A stretch of 64,000 nucleotides of DNA from Azolla caroliniana (taxonomy: Eukaryota > Plantae > Polypodiophyta): contig JBHGNT010000013.1 in NCBI GenBank assembly GCA_043228905.1, positions 19,654,001-19,718,000 on the forward strand, read 5' to 3'. This document shows, piece by piece, positions 1 to 13,246 of the stretch; the stretch's first letter is position 1, and every line of letters starts with the position of its first letter. The notes beneath the pieces are model-generated. The model made no database searches. It was given only the letters and a program-made list of their open reading frames with translations, and was not told the DNA's origin. The translations under genes and the position numbers were made by a program.

Positions 1-190
1 TTCATCTCCACGAAAGATTGATTACTTAGCATTTTCCGTCTGTCTTTGTAACTTTTACAGCGAGAGGAATTCATCTCCACGAATGATTGATTACTTGGCA
101 TTTTCGTCTGCATTTGTAACTTTTACACTGAGAGAAATTCATTTCCACGAATGATTGATTGAGCATTTTCGTCTGCCTTTTGTAACTTTT
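1..190. repeat. ~69-bp tandem repeat, about 2.8 copies (may extend left of the window)
   Basis: Unit ttcatctccacgaa.gattgattactt.gcatttt..gtctg..tttgtaacttttaca recurs at 1, ~70 and ~138. Confidence 0.8.
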
Positions 191-1104
191 GAGGGATTTA
201 TTATGGTGGAAAATTGATGAGTGAGGCATTCATAAAAGCTATAAAGATTAACTTAAAGAGACAAAGCATTTTAATTAAAGAGAAGCCTGTATTTTCTTGT
301 CTAGAATAAAATATGTTAAAGTAATTGACACGAGTATTCTACTACATTTTAAAACTCCATACATATATTTAACGTATTATAACTCATAGGTATTCCACAT
401 ATTTAACATTTATTTATTTATTTTTTCCCAATTATTTAACAATTATTTTACGGCTCCTAAGTATGAAATTAAAAAATTTATTGTAGTAATTATCATCCAA
501 CTACTTTAATTACGGATTCTATTGGCGTAGAAGTGCATTGTATGAAATTAGTTACCCATTGGACATTTAATCCTAGTTTTAATCAATTAGAGAACATTTT
601 CTAATAGTAGTTTGCATTAAACTAATTAAAAATCAATTATTTACGACGAGGATCCATTCGGAATTGACTAATCAATGGTGACTAAAAATCGCAGAATAAT
701 TAATTATGGAACTAGAGTACCGTAGAAGAATTTTCCATTGCTCACTAGCAAGGATCGAGTGTTTAACTAGAATTTCCCATTGCAATAATTTGGTAGAATT
801 AACCATAAGAAACAATAGATTCTATGGTTGATTAGAGACATCAACATTGGTCTAATTTAATAAGAGTTGATTAAATGGATTAATCACCGAAAATAACAAC
901 CCGTGGGATTTTCATTCAAGTCATTGCCAATGGGATTAATTGTAGTGACAAGTGTGACTAAGGCACGAGCACATACACCATGGAATTTTAATTCAAGTCC
1001 ATTGCCTATGGTATTAATTGCAGTGACAAGTGTGACTAAGTTTCGAGCACATGTATGTTTATATCCGCATCACGAACCCACGAGCGTGCCCTCGCGCGCG
1101 CGCG

Positions 1105-1143
<39 letters not shown>

Positions 1144-2018
1144 TTGTAAGGTTTATTTTATGTGCACAAATGTTATTTAAAGGGTTACCCCCCAATATTC
1201 TAGAGAGAATTGATAAGTGTAATACGGTCTAATATTTCTAATCTAGAATATGGCTCATAGACCAAATGTATAATTTAGGGGGAATTATTGTTTACTAAAT
1301 GGTAATGGCTAGTAACAATGGGCTTGTAATGTCAAAGGGACCCCCCCCCCCCACCTTTCATGTTTCAAACATGTATAAAAAAGGGCAAGAGCTCTCATGT
1401 AAAAGGAACCTTTTGGTGCCTCAAATTTGGGGTTAACTCTCATTAAGAGACACTTTCCTCCACAGAACAAATTGCTTGAGATATACATATTGTTTGGCAA
1501 CAATTATCTATTTAGTTGAGACAACTTATATGTTTTCTTAGGGGTAACTTTCAATTATAGGAACTTATGAACCTAAGTATTTAGGTAGTATGTACTATGA
1601 ATGTCTAATGTTATTTATTTCTAAGGGATTTGGTTTATGTTTGAGAGAGAGAGAGAGAGAGAGAGAGATTCTATTATCATCTTCGGAGATCAAATATGAC
1701 ATATGAGACCAAAAAATATTACATTTCATATGATACATGTAAAAGTTAATAGCAACTCTCGATGTTCAAGAGCTTTACCGATGAATTTGTTTAGGGCAAA
1801 GTCTGCATAGTTTATCACTCTCATCATGTGTGCTTCAACGCCTTGTCTCACATTGCAATGCATATGAGGTAAGTCACATGAAAGCAATGGTTTGAATGGC
1901 AGACAATGGGATGGACTCTAACATGTATTTCCCCGTTCCACGAAGAATATGGTTTTGTACTTAGGTGCAGCATGTGTAGTAAAATGTGTGATGCGTGAGC
2001 CCTATCGTGACTTGAGAG

Positions 2019-2058
<40 letters not shown>

Positions 2059-2264
2059 AAAAAGATGATGGTAAAAGGTAGAGAGAGAGTGAATGAGAGA
2101 GAAAGAAGACTTGAAATGGAAAGGAGTTTATATATTATAAGAGAACAAGGGTTAGAAAGAGTAGGCTACGGGGCTCAAGACTGGTTAATAATTAGGTAAT
2201 TAGTTAAGGGTTAATTAGTAACTAATTATATGAGTAGTTAATCACATATGTGATTAAGCAACGG

Positions 2265-3223
2265 TGTCGTAGTGTAAATCACACACTATGAGAAAATTGC
2301 ATTTTTAGTCCCTCTGGACGGGATGAAGTAGACCCGGCAAGAGCCAGATGAAGAAGGTCGGTGAGAGTCAATAAGAATCGAATGAAGAGTACCCGATGAG
2401 AACTGGACGAAGCAGACCGGCAAGAGCCGAATGAAGAAGGCTAAGGAGAACCAGTGAGAACCGGATGAAGGAGGAACCGGCAAGGAGGACCCGGTAAGGA
2501 GACTCAATAAGAACCGGCCAGAGCCGGATAAAGAAGGCCGGTGAGAGTCTCTCACCAGATGGAGAGACAAATTTGTAAATAAAAGAAAAGATCGTTACAT
2601 GCATAGGGCAAGATTCAAACCCTATACCTCCACGTAGACAAACCCCAACCTTACCATTGTACTATCTTATTCTAAATGTTCTAAATATAGATTTAATACA
2701 TATAAGACCTTTATTTACGCCTACCTTTATTAAAAGGTAAGTCATGCATTTTTAGAATGCGTGAATACTTTATTTATAAGAAAAATGTACACCAATACAA
2801 AATTACTTGTGCACATCTAGTGAGCATGAGCACTATATTTAGGAAATAAAAGCATAGTGTAAAAAGGCAACTCATGCACATTTAGTGTACATGAACACTT
2901 TAGAAAAAGCATGAAGTTATGCTTAGCCTCTTCCATCCTTATATAAGGAGGAGAGAAAGATGTATGATGTTGTTGATTATTTTACAAGGATTGATCAATC
3001 TAATATATTTGTGGGATTCACGAGTTTATCATCAAAATTCTCTTTCTTACAATCTAAATATTGACTAAATACACTAAAAACATGGAATTCATAAGTTTTA
3101 TTACTTACTTCTCTTTCTACCTATTCATAACTAGCCTTATATTGTATTCTTCTTTCTCCTAGTCCAAAACCTCAGCGGTTCCCACCCGACTCACGCAACG
3201 ATCCGAAGCCGAAAGGCACGACA
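2265..3223 (+). mobile_element. Solo LTR (959 bp) with TGTCGT...ACGACA termini
   Basis: Inverted termini tgtcgt/acgaca; 4-bp TSD ACGG at 2261-2264 and 3224-3227; CCGG-rich short repeats 2320-2560; TATA-like tatataagg at ~2940. Confidence 0.8.
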
Positions 3224-3849
3224 ACGGAAGATTATGTGATATGTGTATGTATGTGTATGAGAGGAAGAGAGAGAGGAAGATACACTTATGAACAATAAGA
3301 TAAATGGGGGATGATTAACAAGAGTGTAGCTAAAGACCTTTCTCTATATTAATAAGCAGGAAATTACAAAAATAGCCGCAATGAGGTATATATACATCTC
3401 ATGTGCAAAGGTGCACATGTGTGAGGAGAATATATGTACAAGGGTGTAAGTCTTAAATTGAATGAGCTCAATAGTGGGGAATCTAGAGATCTCCTACTTA
3501 AATATTATGAACAAAATCCTTATAGTCAACATTCAAAATAGATTCTATTTATGTAACTACTAAGTTACATGTTGACAAAAACTTCCAGACTTAGTTGAGC
3601 TTGATATCTCAACACTAGTGTTGAACCAAATGAGTTGTGATGAATAAGTAGACACCTATTTATGTCCTTATGGAGCATTCTAGAATGTTCTAGAGTATTT
3701 TAGATATTTAAGATAATGATAATGGTTAAGGGTTCGACACATATACAAAGAGGTTGTGGGTTCGAATCCTTGTAAGCCAAAATGTATATAATCATGATAG
3801 CCTCCACATTTGTCCCATGTCATGATACATTGGCGTTGCAAAAAGACCT

Positions 3850-4760
3850 CATTTTCATAGGAATCTAGTGATGCATCATGAAGCAAATGTGTTGCATCCC
3901 ATCTACCAAACCACTTTTTCATATCTTGCATCCAACCAGAACACAAAATTTTGCTTTTATACGTCTTTTGGATCTTTTTGCTTGCTTCCCAGGCAATTCT
4001 AGAAAGTCGATGTGAGGGATTTTTTTAAATCTTAAGCATGTATTGAACAACCCTTTCTATGACCATGATCTCAATGGGAAGTGATTCCGTCTTAAGGAAG
4101 AGGGTATAGGTTCAAAATGTTTTTCGATGTTTTCAATCTCTTTTAATGTAGATTTAGGTATGCTACCACCCATACTTCCACCCCATAGAGAAGCATCGGT
4201 GTCACAAAAGTGTCGAAAATGTATTACTTGAGGAACAAACACTTAATATCTCCATGATTGCATGTGTTCTCATTTAATGCATAATATGCCCTCTTTTCCC
4301 CATCTAAGCCAAGTGTAGCACATTCATTCCATCTATGATTTGAAGGAACTTCAAGGCCAAGATATCCAAAGCTTTCTACGCATTCAAGTGGCTCATTATT
4401 GTACATAATGTATGGTTTATCTTTTTGTTTACTCTTCACAAGAATGGTGTTACGGGATATTAAATGGTCATGCATGTTACGGGCATGACCATTTAATATC
4501 CCGTGGTGAGAATTTATTGTAGTATTCTATACACGTGGATAAGTAAATGGTCATGCCCGTAACAAATGGTCTTTGTTTTATAGTTATTGACACTTAATTT
4601 AGTATGCATGCAAAATAAATTCAATGCCTTCATAAGATTTTGTGCATCTTCTAAAGTATTTGCAAAAAGCACAACATCATCTGCATATAACAAAAGTATA
4701 ATGACTACATTTCCAATGACACTTTTCAAACATATATTGTATGCATATATAAATAAATAA
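3850..4760 (-). pseudogene. Decayed LINE reverse transcriptase fragment
   Basis: Minus frames give LLYADDVVLFANT, LSVNNYKTKTILV (once the 4448-4564 insert is removed) and VESFGYLG; many stops and frameshifts; ends approximate. Confidence 0.75.
4448..4564. mobile_element. 117-bp foldback element built only from one LTR terminus
   Basis: TGTTACGGG...CCCGTAACA termini; 5-bp TSD AATGG (4443-4447, 4565-4569); 4475-4543 closely matches the reverse complement of the LTR end at ~8946-9014 and ~40489-40557. Confidence 0.85.
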
Positions 4761-5220
4761 ATAAATAAATTCAAGATAGTGTAGTGGAGAAAGTTATAAA
4801 TAGATTGTAGGTTTGAATCTAGTAAGAAGCATAATAAACTTCTATTCTTCCACTTGCAAACTAATATATGATGTGAGGCATCGGGTTCTCGTGCTAAGTA
4901 TAAAATGTCGATGGTTTTGGTTTAGTAAATTTGAAGCAATAATCCAATTCTTGCTTGTTATGCAATTATGTTTTACAATAATCTATGTATATTGATCCCA
5001 CATTATGAGACGACCTTAATTGCTTGCTATGCAATTGCGTTTTACGTTAATGTATATATATTGAGCCTACATTATGAGATGACCATACTTAAACGTCACC
5101 TCAAAGATGAATATATATCCATCCCAAAAGAAAATGGATAGCATTGTGATATAGACGTTTGTGATCTCAAAACCCATCCTCATCCAATTTCACAAGTTTC
5201 ACTAAGCTCCCCAACAATAC

Positions 5221-5541
5221 TGTTGGGATTACAGTCCCTCCGGATGGGATGGTCAGATGTCCGGGAATCGGGAATGAAGACCCGGTTCCGGAGCCGGATG
5301 ATGAAGACCCGGTTCCGGATCCGGATGATGAAGACCCCCGGCTACGGAGCCGGATGATGAAGACCCCGGAGAGAGATCCGGATGCGGGGACATATTTGTG
5401 AATATGTTTGCCAAGGGCCCTTGAGGCTATATTTGTAAATAGCCCGAAAGTCATATGTGTATAAATATGACTTAGGGCAAACAGTTTGTTGTTGTTGCTC
5501 ATTTTTCTGCTTTCCACTTAGAGGGAGCGAAGTGAGAGCAG

Positions 5542-5578
<37 letters not shown>

Positions 5579-5842
5579 GAAGAGGTTGTTGCCTCTGTGT
5601 ATTACCGCCGCCTGTGGCGAAGACAGTGAGCTCAAGGTTGTTGCCTTGTAGCTTCGCCATTGTACATCTCTGCGTATAGTGATAGTTGGAGTCTTGCACT
5701 CCCGTGGTTTTTTCCCATTTAGGGTTTTCCACGTAAAACATCCCGTATACTCTTCTCTCTATTGTCTTCGTGCATTTTGCATTTCCTGTTTTCTGTGAGT
5801 TGATCCTATTCCTCGGTGGTGGCCGAGCACTGTTTTTCAACA
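5221..5842 (+). mobile_element. Solo LTR (622 bp), probably Ty1/copia type
   Basis: TGTTG...CAACA termini; 5-bp TSD AATAC (5216-5220, 5843-5847); internal gaagacccggttccgga repeats; TATA at ~5460; (GA)n tract. Confidence 0.85.
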
Positions 5843-6015
5843 AATACTACACAATAAGAAAATGTAGACAACAACCTCAACATCTTAGTAATGGACAGGC
5901 GAGATAATGAGAATTGCTTAGAAACCTTGATCCAAATCATCGAAAGAAAATGAATGGTAAGAATGAGCGGAAGTGAAGTGCTAAAAATAAATATACCAAT
6001 TTTCAAAGAGAGATC

Positions 6016-7772
6016 TGTTACCCGTATAGGTGTACGGGAGGGTTAGGTGTAATGTGGAAGGTGGTGTGTGATGTGTAATATGAAATGTGAATGTGTGAGA
6101 GTTAGGTGAGGTAAGTAGGTGTACCTACGTCCATTCGGCTTTTTGTAAAGATCTTCTATTATATAAATCCTCACTCATGGGGCATGAAAAGATGATATCG
6201 AAGTTGCTCTAAATTGTGTCTGTCTCGATTCTCACTCTCTCTCATTCGTTCGCTCTGTGGATCTCATCTCTCCCTCTCTCTCCTCACACTCAAACCCCCT
6301 TGGGAGGGGGGTGGAGCCGATCTTGGCTCCACCCCCCACCCATAAACACATGGCACGCCCTACGGCCTACCCCCCTTGAGTAGAAGTCTCTCTTTCCCTC
6401 TCTGTTCCCCTATGTGTCTCTAGGTCTTCATCTTTATGTTGTGTGTGTTTGTGCCACTCTATTGCTTGTATGCAGGAGGAGGAAGAAGCTGATTCAGAAA
6501 TTAATAAATTGCAAGAAACTAACAATCAAACACCTTCTAAATCACTCCATCAAGAGGTTCATGGCAGAGTTTGAAGGAAATGACAACAGTAGCCATAGCT
6601 AACCTATTCTGGAATAAAGTGGTGAAGTCACTTGTATATCTGGTTTAGTGCCAAGATCTGCCAATGATTCAAGTTTAGAGAAAAGAGGAATGCAAGTCAT
6701 GAGCAAGGAAGATAAAGCTGCATATGATCGATGTATAATGATGTATCAACAGAGTGCTTGTGCTTCATTAATGCTCTTCTTTGATTCTCATGAAGGGTTT
6801 GTGGTGGAACCGAATAGTGAGATCAAGTATTTAACCATTGTAGCAGAGTATATAGGTGATGTAGATTATATAAGCAAATGTAAAAGAGTAACAGAAATGA
6901 TAGAGTTAGCATTATAATGGGTTTACTCCTTACAAATTTTCTAGATAACGATTGGGTCATATGTCCTAATAAAAGAGGCCACATTGCTCTATTTGGATCA
7001 AGTATCATTAACCATGCACTAGAAGGGAAGAAGAAACAAAACCTAAGGTGTATAAGGTTCAATATTGAAGAGAAAACACATGCTTTGTTTATTTCCATCG
7101 ACAACAAGAGCCAAACGGACAAAGAGTCGGCTGGTGGATAAAGACGACCAACGCACTGAGTCAGCAGCCGGATGGCAGCAACTAGCCATGCAAATGGTTC
7201 GGCAACCAACTAGCCGATAGCCGAGATGGCCAAAGTCCTGCTAGAAAGACACAACCGAACCGAGAGCCGGCCGAACAGACGACCATGGCTAGCCGGTTGA
7301 GACCATCGGACAACGTCGGCATATAGCAACGGCCAAGTGATTTCCAACCATCGAGAGAAGACCGATGGAGTTTCCGGTCAACGAGTTTTTGGCATGGGCT
7401 TGTGGGTACGACGTGCAATGCAGTGTCCCACGGGTGTGCCATGTGTTACCCGTATAGGTATACGGGAGGGTTAGGTGTAATGTGGAAGGTGGTGTATGAG
7501 GTGTAATATGAAATGTGAATGTGTGAGTGTTAGGTGAGGTAAGTAGGTGTACCTACGTCCATTTGGCTTTTTGTAAAGATCTTCTATTATATAAATCCTC
7601 ACTCATGGGCCATGAAAAGATGATATCGAAGTTACTCTAAATTGTGTCTGCCTCCATTCTCTCTCTCTCATTCGTTCTCTCTGTGCATCTCATCTCTCCC
7701 TCTCTCCTCACACTCGAACACCCTTGGGAGGGGGGTGGAGCCGATCTTGGCTCCACCCCCCACCCATAAACA
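6016..7772 (+). mobile_element. Non-autonomous LTR element (TRIM/LARD-like, 1757 bp) with a captured gene fragment
   Basis: LTRs 6016-6348 and 7444-7772 (TGTT...AACA, ~95% identical by eye); TSD AGATC (6011-6015, 7773-7777); PBS-like TGGCACGCCC at 6351-6360; no gag or pol. Confidence 0.92.
6545..7105 (+). pseudogene. Decayed, intronless ATXR5/ATXR6-like SET-domain (H3K27 monomethyltransferase) fragment
   Basis: Motifs PRSAN..LEKRGMQVMSKED, FDSHEGFVVE, TIVAEYIGDVDY, VICPNKRGHIA, INHALEGKKKQNLRCIRFNI match the ATXR5/6 SET region; frameshift near 6900; terminal YYDYN motif absent. Confidence 0.85.
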
Positions 7773-9029
7773 AGATCTCTACCCAACCCACAGGGGTTAT
7801 CAAGAGTATTACCTCCAAGATTGAATTTGTCAGATCGATAAGATACACATTCCTTAATTTATCAACCACCACATAGGGGGGAAACATGCTTTAGACTCAT
7901 AATAGTTTTAGGGAGGCTAGATCACTCAAATAAACACAACTTATCAGTTGAACATCACTAGATTGCTTAATCCTACACAAGACAAAGAGAAAAGGCACAT
8001 TGGGATTGCAAAGACACTTAATTAAATTCAATCTTACTCTTCCCCAGGAAAATGGAAAGATCAATTGATAGTAAGTTCGTTTATAAAGTAGTTGTATTTT
8101 CCCATGACACCCTTAGACTTATGATCAATGGAAATCTTCAAGGGTTTTTCCTAGTAATTCCCAAAATGCCCTTCTATTTATGTCATATACTTATCCTAGA
8201 TTATCTTATCATATTTCTAGAACTAATTCACTTACTTAAGGCACAATCACTTATTAGATGATTAATAGTGTTCCAAAATAAAGGCCTTTGGGGATGCCAC
8301 ATCAACGTAGAGGAATGGGGAAGATATGAAGCATGGTTTAACGAAAATGTGATAAAACATACTATAAGGGAATGGATCTAGCGAGACCTAACATATAGCC
8401 GAGAGTAAGTGTTAAAAAGAGTTGTGTAGACCATCCACCTAGAGTAGGAGGGCATCCACCCATATTGAGAGGGAATCCACTCAAGAAATGAGGATCCACC
8501 CAAGGGTGAAGATAACCCAAAGAGAGAGGATATCTACTCAAAGGGACCATGTACTATGTATTAGAGATATGTACTAATGTAAGCAAAGGATAAGGATAAA
8601 TGATAGATCTAGATAGAGAGGAAAGAGAGAAAGAAGGGTGTTGATCCACCCGACCACCCCCGAGCGAAGGGATTGAGACGGACTCGAGCCTTGATCGGCG
8701 TCCCATACCACCGTCGTGGCGTCGAGTCGTACCTGGTGTTGGCGCGCTTGCTACAAGAGTTGAACACCCGAGAAACAGAGTCTCGACGTAGTCAAAAAGA
8801 TCATGAAATGAGTGTAGCTAGGCCTCTTATTTATAACAATACCCAAGGCCCCCATGCAAGTTCACACTTGGCCTAATGGGTTGTCTCAATCCCGAGGATT
8901 AAAAAGTAATCCTCCCCTTCTTTACACTCTCGTTTAACCCTCACCCTTATCCACGTGTATAGAATACTACGATAAATTCTCGCCACGGGATATTATATGG
9001 TCATGCCCGTAACATACTCCCCCTCTTTA

Positions 9030-12000
9030 AAACATTGCACTCTTGCAATGCAAAGTTAGGGAAGTTAGTTCTGAGAGTATTTTCGTGTTCCCATGTGGCA
9101 TCTTTTATTGATTTATCCATCCATTTTATTTTAAACTCTCGGATTTCTTTAGTACGTAATGTTTTTGTTTTAACATCGAGAATTCTTTTTGGTACATGTG
9201 GTTAGAAGATTATTCTTCAGAAGTAACCAGAGTTTCAGTTGTAACTGTATTGTTGCCAGAACCTAGAAGTTCTTTTAGACGACTCACATGAAAAAATGGA
9301 TGAATGTCAACACCATCGGGAAGAGCGAGACGATAGGCTGATGACCCAATGCGTTTGAGGATTGTAAAAGGTCCACAAAACCGTGGGGCTAACTTAGCGC
9401 ACGTACCCTTAGACAATGTCTTAGAATTGTGAGGTACACGTAAAAATACCTTCTGTCCAAGGTTGAATACACGAGGTTGCCTATGATGATCGGCATAAAA
9501 ACACGCTCTATCTTGAGCTGTTTTTATATTATCTCGTGCAATATGCAACATATCTTGCATATCCCGAAGAAAGTTTTGCGTACTTCGCAACTCATCATGA
9601 TGTATATTAACATCAATCGGGGCTCGTGGCTGAAAACCATACATCAACATAAAAGGACTATATCCCGTCGACGTATGCTTGGAGCTATTATAAGCAAACT
9701 CTAAAATTGGGAGATAACGTTCCCATTTTGTTGGTTTTGTACCAACATATGCTTGAAGCATGTCCTCAATAATTTGATTTACTCATTTTGTCTGTCCATC
9801 GGATTGAGGATGATCCGTGGAGCTCATGCTCAATGTAGTTTCTAACTTCTTGAGGACTTGAGTCCAGAAGTCACTAGTAAACTTTGGATCTCGATCACTC
9901 ACAATACCATCAGTAACCCATAAAAACGAAATAACTCGTCAACGAATTGGTAAGCCAATTCAGGAGTTGTTACCGTGGTTTTAGTAGCAATAAATCTGGC
10001 CATTTTAGTTAGTCTATCAACCACAACCTAGATGGCGTCATGGCCTTTTTGGGTGCGAGGAAGGCTAACAATAAAATACATGGATATACTTTCCCACTTA
10101 TTATTGGGAATTTCCAAGGGATGTAAAAGTCCTACGGCTTTAAGTCGCTCGACTTTGTTAACCTGACATTGGTGACATTTAGTCACATAGCTATGTATGT
10201 CAGGACGCATCTTAGGCCAATAGAATTGAGTGGAGATGAGAATGAGTGTACGATATATTCCATGGTGCCCCGTAGAGGGTGCATCATGGCATTCAAAAAT
10301 AATTCTCTTTTTGACCTCAGGCAAATCTAGAACACAAACCTTCCCATTACGGTAGAGCAGACCATTAGCAATGTGGAAGTATTCCTTCGAGGATGTGGTG
10401 GTGTCTGATCCATACTCAACTCTTGCCCAGTATTTCGCAAAATAACTGTCATCAGAATACTTTCCTCGAAGGTGATCATAAAGATCTGATGTTATTTCAG
10501 TGAAGCTAAGCATGTTAACTTCACAGATGCGACTTAGTGTATCAGTGACAGTGTTCATGGAACCTTTGCGATATCATATGGAAAAATCAAAGTCCTGGAT
10601 GAGATCAACCCATCGTGCCTTACGACCTTTCAGGTCTTGTTGGTCACAAAAATATTTAAAGGACTCGTGGCTCGTAGTTACCCCAAAGCGATTTACATAA
10701 ACATAATGGCGTCATGTTTTGAGCGCATGTATAATTGCAAATAACTCCTTTTCTTGAACGGTATACCAACATTGAGAAAAATCAAATTTCTTACTCTCGA
10801 ATGCTATTGGTTTACCATCTTGATATAAGACAACACATATAGCATAATTGCTTGCATCGGTTTCAACCTCAAAAGGTTTTGAGGAATCAAGTAAAAGAAG
10901 TGAAGGAGCCTTGCACACCAGTTCCTTGAGTTCCTTAAAGTCGAGGTCTAGTGTAGCATTCCAAACAAGAGGTTTTGTAGACTTATGATGTCGTGAAGAT
11001 TGTCGGCAATGGTGTGAAAATCACATAAAACGTACAAAATCGAGTATGAATCACATAAAACAATAATAGTGAATATAACATTTTAAATAATTTTAATATC
11101 TAAGTACAAAATGATAGAGGTCTTCAAGAACTTTCGAATGCACTTTATTACACGAGAAACGGACAACTAGATGTCAAGATATGAGGGTATAAAGTTTGTG
11201 AAAGGAAAAGAGAAAATTGTGAGATATCCCACATAGGCACGACAAATACGGCTCTCATCATATATAAGGTAGAGCAAAAGTTATTACCTTTGTGTCTATG
11301 TGTGGAGCATAGAGAGTTCAAGGTAACTTGAACTAAGAGTGGAGGTGGCCTAGCTACTTGTAAAGGTTTTGGCCAACCAAAACCGGACCGGTGATCCCCG
11401 GCAAAGCGACGGTGGCACACCGGCAACCGGCGAGACGGCGGAACCGACATCCGGTGCCGGCGAGGCAACGACATCCGACATCCGGCGACTAGATAAATAA
11501 ATATATAAATATATATACATATACATACAAGGAGGGCAAGTAAGGATTTGAACCTTACACCTCCAAGTTAGGAGTCAATTGGCTTACCACTAAGCCAAGA
11601 TATCTAGTTGAAATTACATTTCTATTATTGTACTTTTACATATAAATTCTCATACATGAGAGCTAAAATGAGTGACATGGTTATCATGCACTACATGTAA
11701 TACATGAGCGCCAAATGGCAAACATGCATTTTATGCATGTCTTGAACCCTCAAATGCATGAGGGAATCTATAAATGAGGGAATGAAAAAGATCAAAGGGG
11801 GATTTTCTTGGAAAAAAAAGCTTGGTACTTTAAATTAAAATTAATATTAAGAAGAAAATTCGTTATCGAATTGATCATGTAACTTGTTTCTGAAATCTAA
11901 AGTCAAGTGTTCTTAATCTCTCTCTCAATCTAAAATCAAGCGTTCTATCTTATCTCAATCTCTCTCTCTTTCAATCTATCTTAATTCCTTTCCCGCTAAC

Positions 12001-13210
12001 GCTTGTGCAAACTTCGAGTCCTTCTGGTCCAGAACCCCGGCGATTCCACCTCGCGATCCGCACCTAGTGACGGATCTTCATGACAACGCGTTTGACCTTT
12101 TAGAAGATCAATAAACGGCGTTGTCAATTGGGAGTAATTATGAAGGGATTTTCGCAAAAACCCGACAAAACCAAGGAATGGTCGAACTTCTCGAATATTA
12201 CGAAGAGTGGGCCAAAGCTTGATTTTCTCGATGCGAGAAGGATCAATTTCAACTCGTTCGGTTATGAGATATTCAAGATAAGTAATTGATTTCTTGAAGA
12301 ACTCACATTTTGAGATCTTCGCATAAAATTGTTTGTCACGCAATGTTTGTAAAACAAAGCGGACATGTTTAGCATATTCTTGTAATGTACGGCTATAAAC
12401 TAAAATATCATCCAAGAAAATAACGACAAATTTTCCAAGTTGTTCTCGGAAAATGTCATTCATTTCTTGTTGAAATGTAGCCGGAGCATTGGTCAAACCA
12501 AAAGGCATAACCAAAACCTCATAATGGCCATAGCGCGTACGAAAGGCCGTTTTAAGAACATCATCCTCACTTATACGAATTTGATGGTAGCCAGTATGGA
12601 GATCAAGTTTCGTAAAATACCGAGCTCCCCGGAGACAGTCAATTAGATCATCAACCCGGGGCAATGGATACGAATTCTTGATCGTCACTTTATTCAAGCG
12701 TCGGTAATTAATACACATACACCATGTGCCCTCTTTCTTTTTAACCGTGAGAACTAGTGCACCCCATGGAGATTTACTATAACGTATATAACCCATTCGT
12801 AAATAGTACTTCAGTTGCTTAGATACCTCATCCTCTTCGGATCGACTTAAGCGATAAGGAGGTATACTTATTGGTGCAACGCCAGGTACAATATCTACAT
12901 GATGGTCTATATTATTTTTAGGAGGTAACCCATCTAGTAATTCACTCGGAAAAACATCACGAAAATCATTTAAGATTTCATCAAGTTGTTGTTCAAAATA
13001 TGTTAATTGAACCGAGACATTATCGATATTGTAAACGTGAATGTCCGAATCAAGTACACAATAAAATAGAGTAGAACAAGACAACTCGGATATATTGATG
13101 GAGAGGAAACAATCGAGAGGGATTGTTTTTTTACACATTGAATAAAATGAGTACAATCGTTCAGTACAGAAGTTATTGAATGATGAACCCAATCAATAGA
13201 TAAAGAAGAG

Positions 13211-13215
<5 letters not shown>
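9030..13215 (-). pseudogene. pol of the outer chromovirus: RT, RNase H, integrase, chromodomain (broken)
   Basis: RT ([16 protein letters not shown]) 12086-13192; RNase H (ETDASN) 10712-10918; integrase zinc-finger remnant 10028-10558 and GPF motif in 9210-9761; chromodomain FKIKW..DATWE at ~9085-9140. Confidence 0.9.
10989..12085 (+). mobile_element. Solo LTR (1097 bp), TGTCGTGAAGA...TCTTCATGACA, inserted between RT and RNase H of the outer element
   Basis: 11-bp imperfect inverted termini; decayed 4-bp TSD ATGA/ACGC; removing it restores [16 protein letters not shown]; TATA at ~11769. Confidence 0.8.

Positions 13216-13246
<31 letters not shown>

Noticed and set aside
1990-3620. Possible older LTR surrounding the 2265 solo LTR
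   Set aside because: LTR-like composition, but no matching termini or TSD could be identified.
3717-3775. Possible tRNA gene
   Set aside because: A- and B-box-like motifs are present but there are no proper acceptor or anticodon stems; treated as a tRNA-derived relic.
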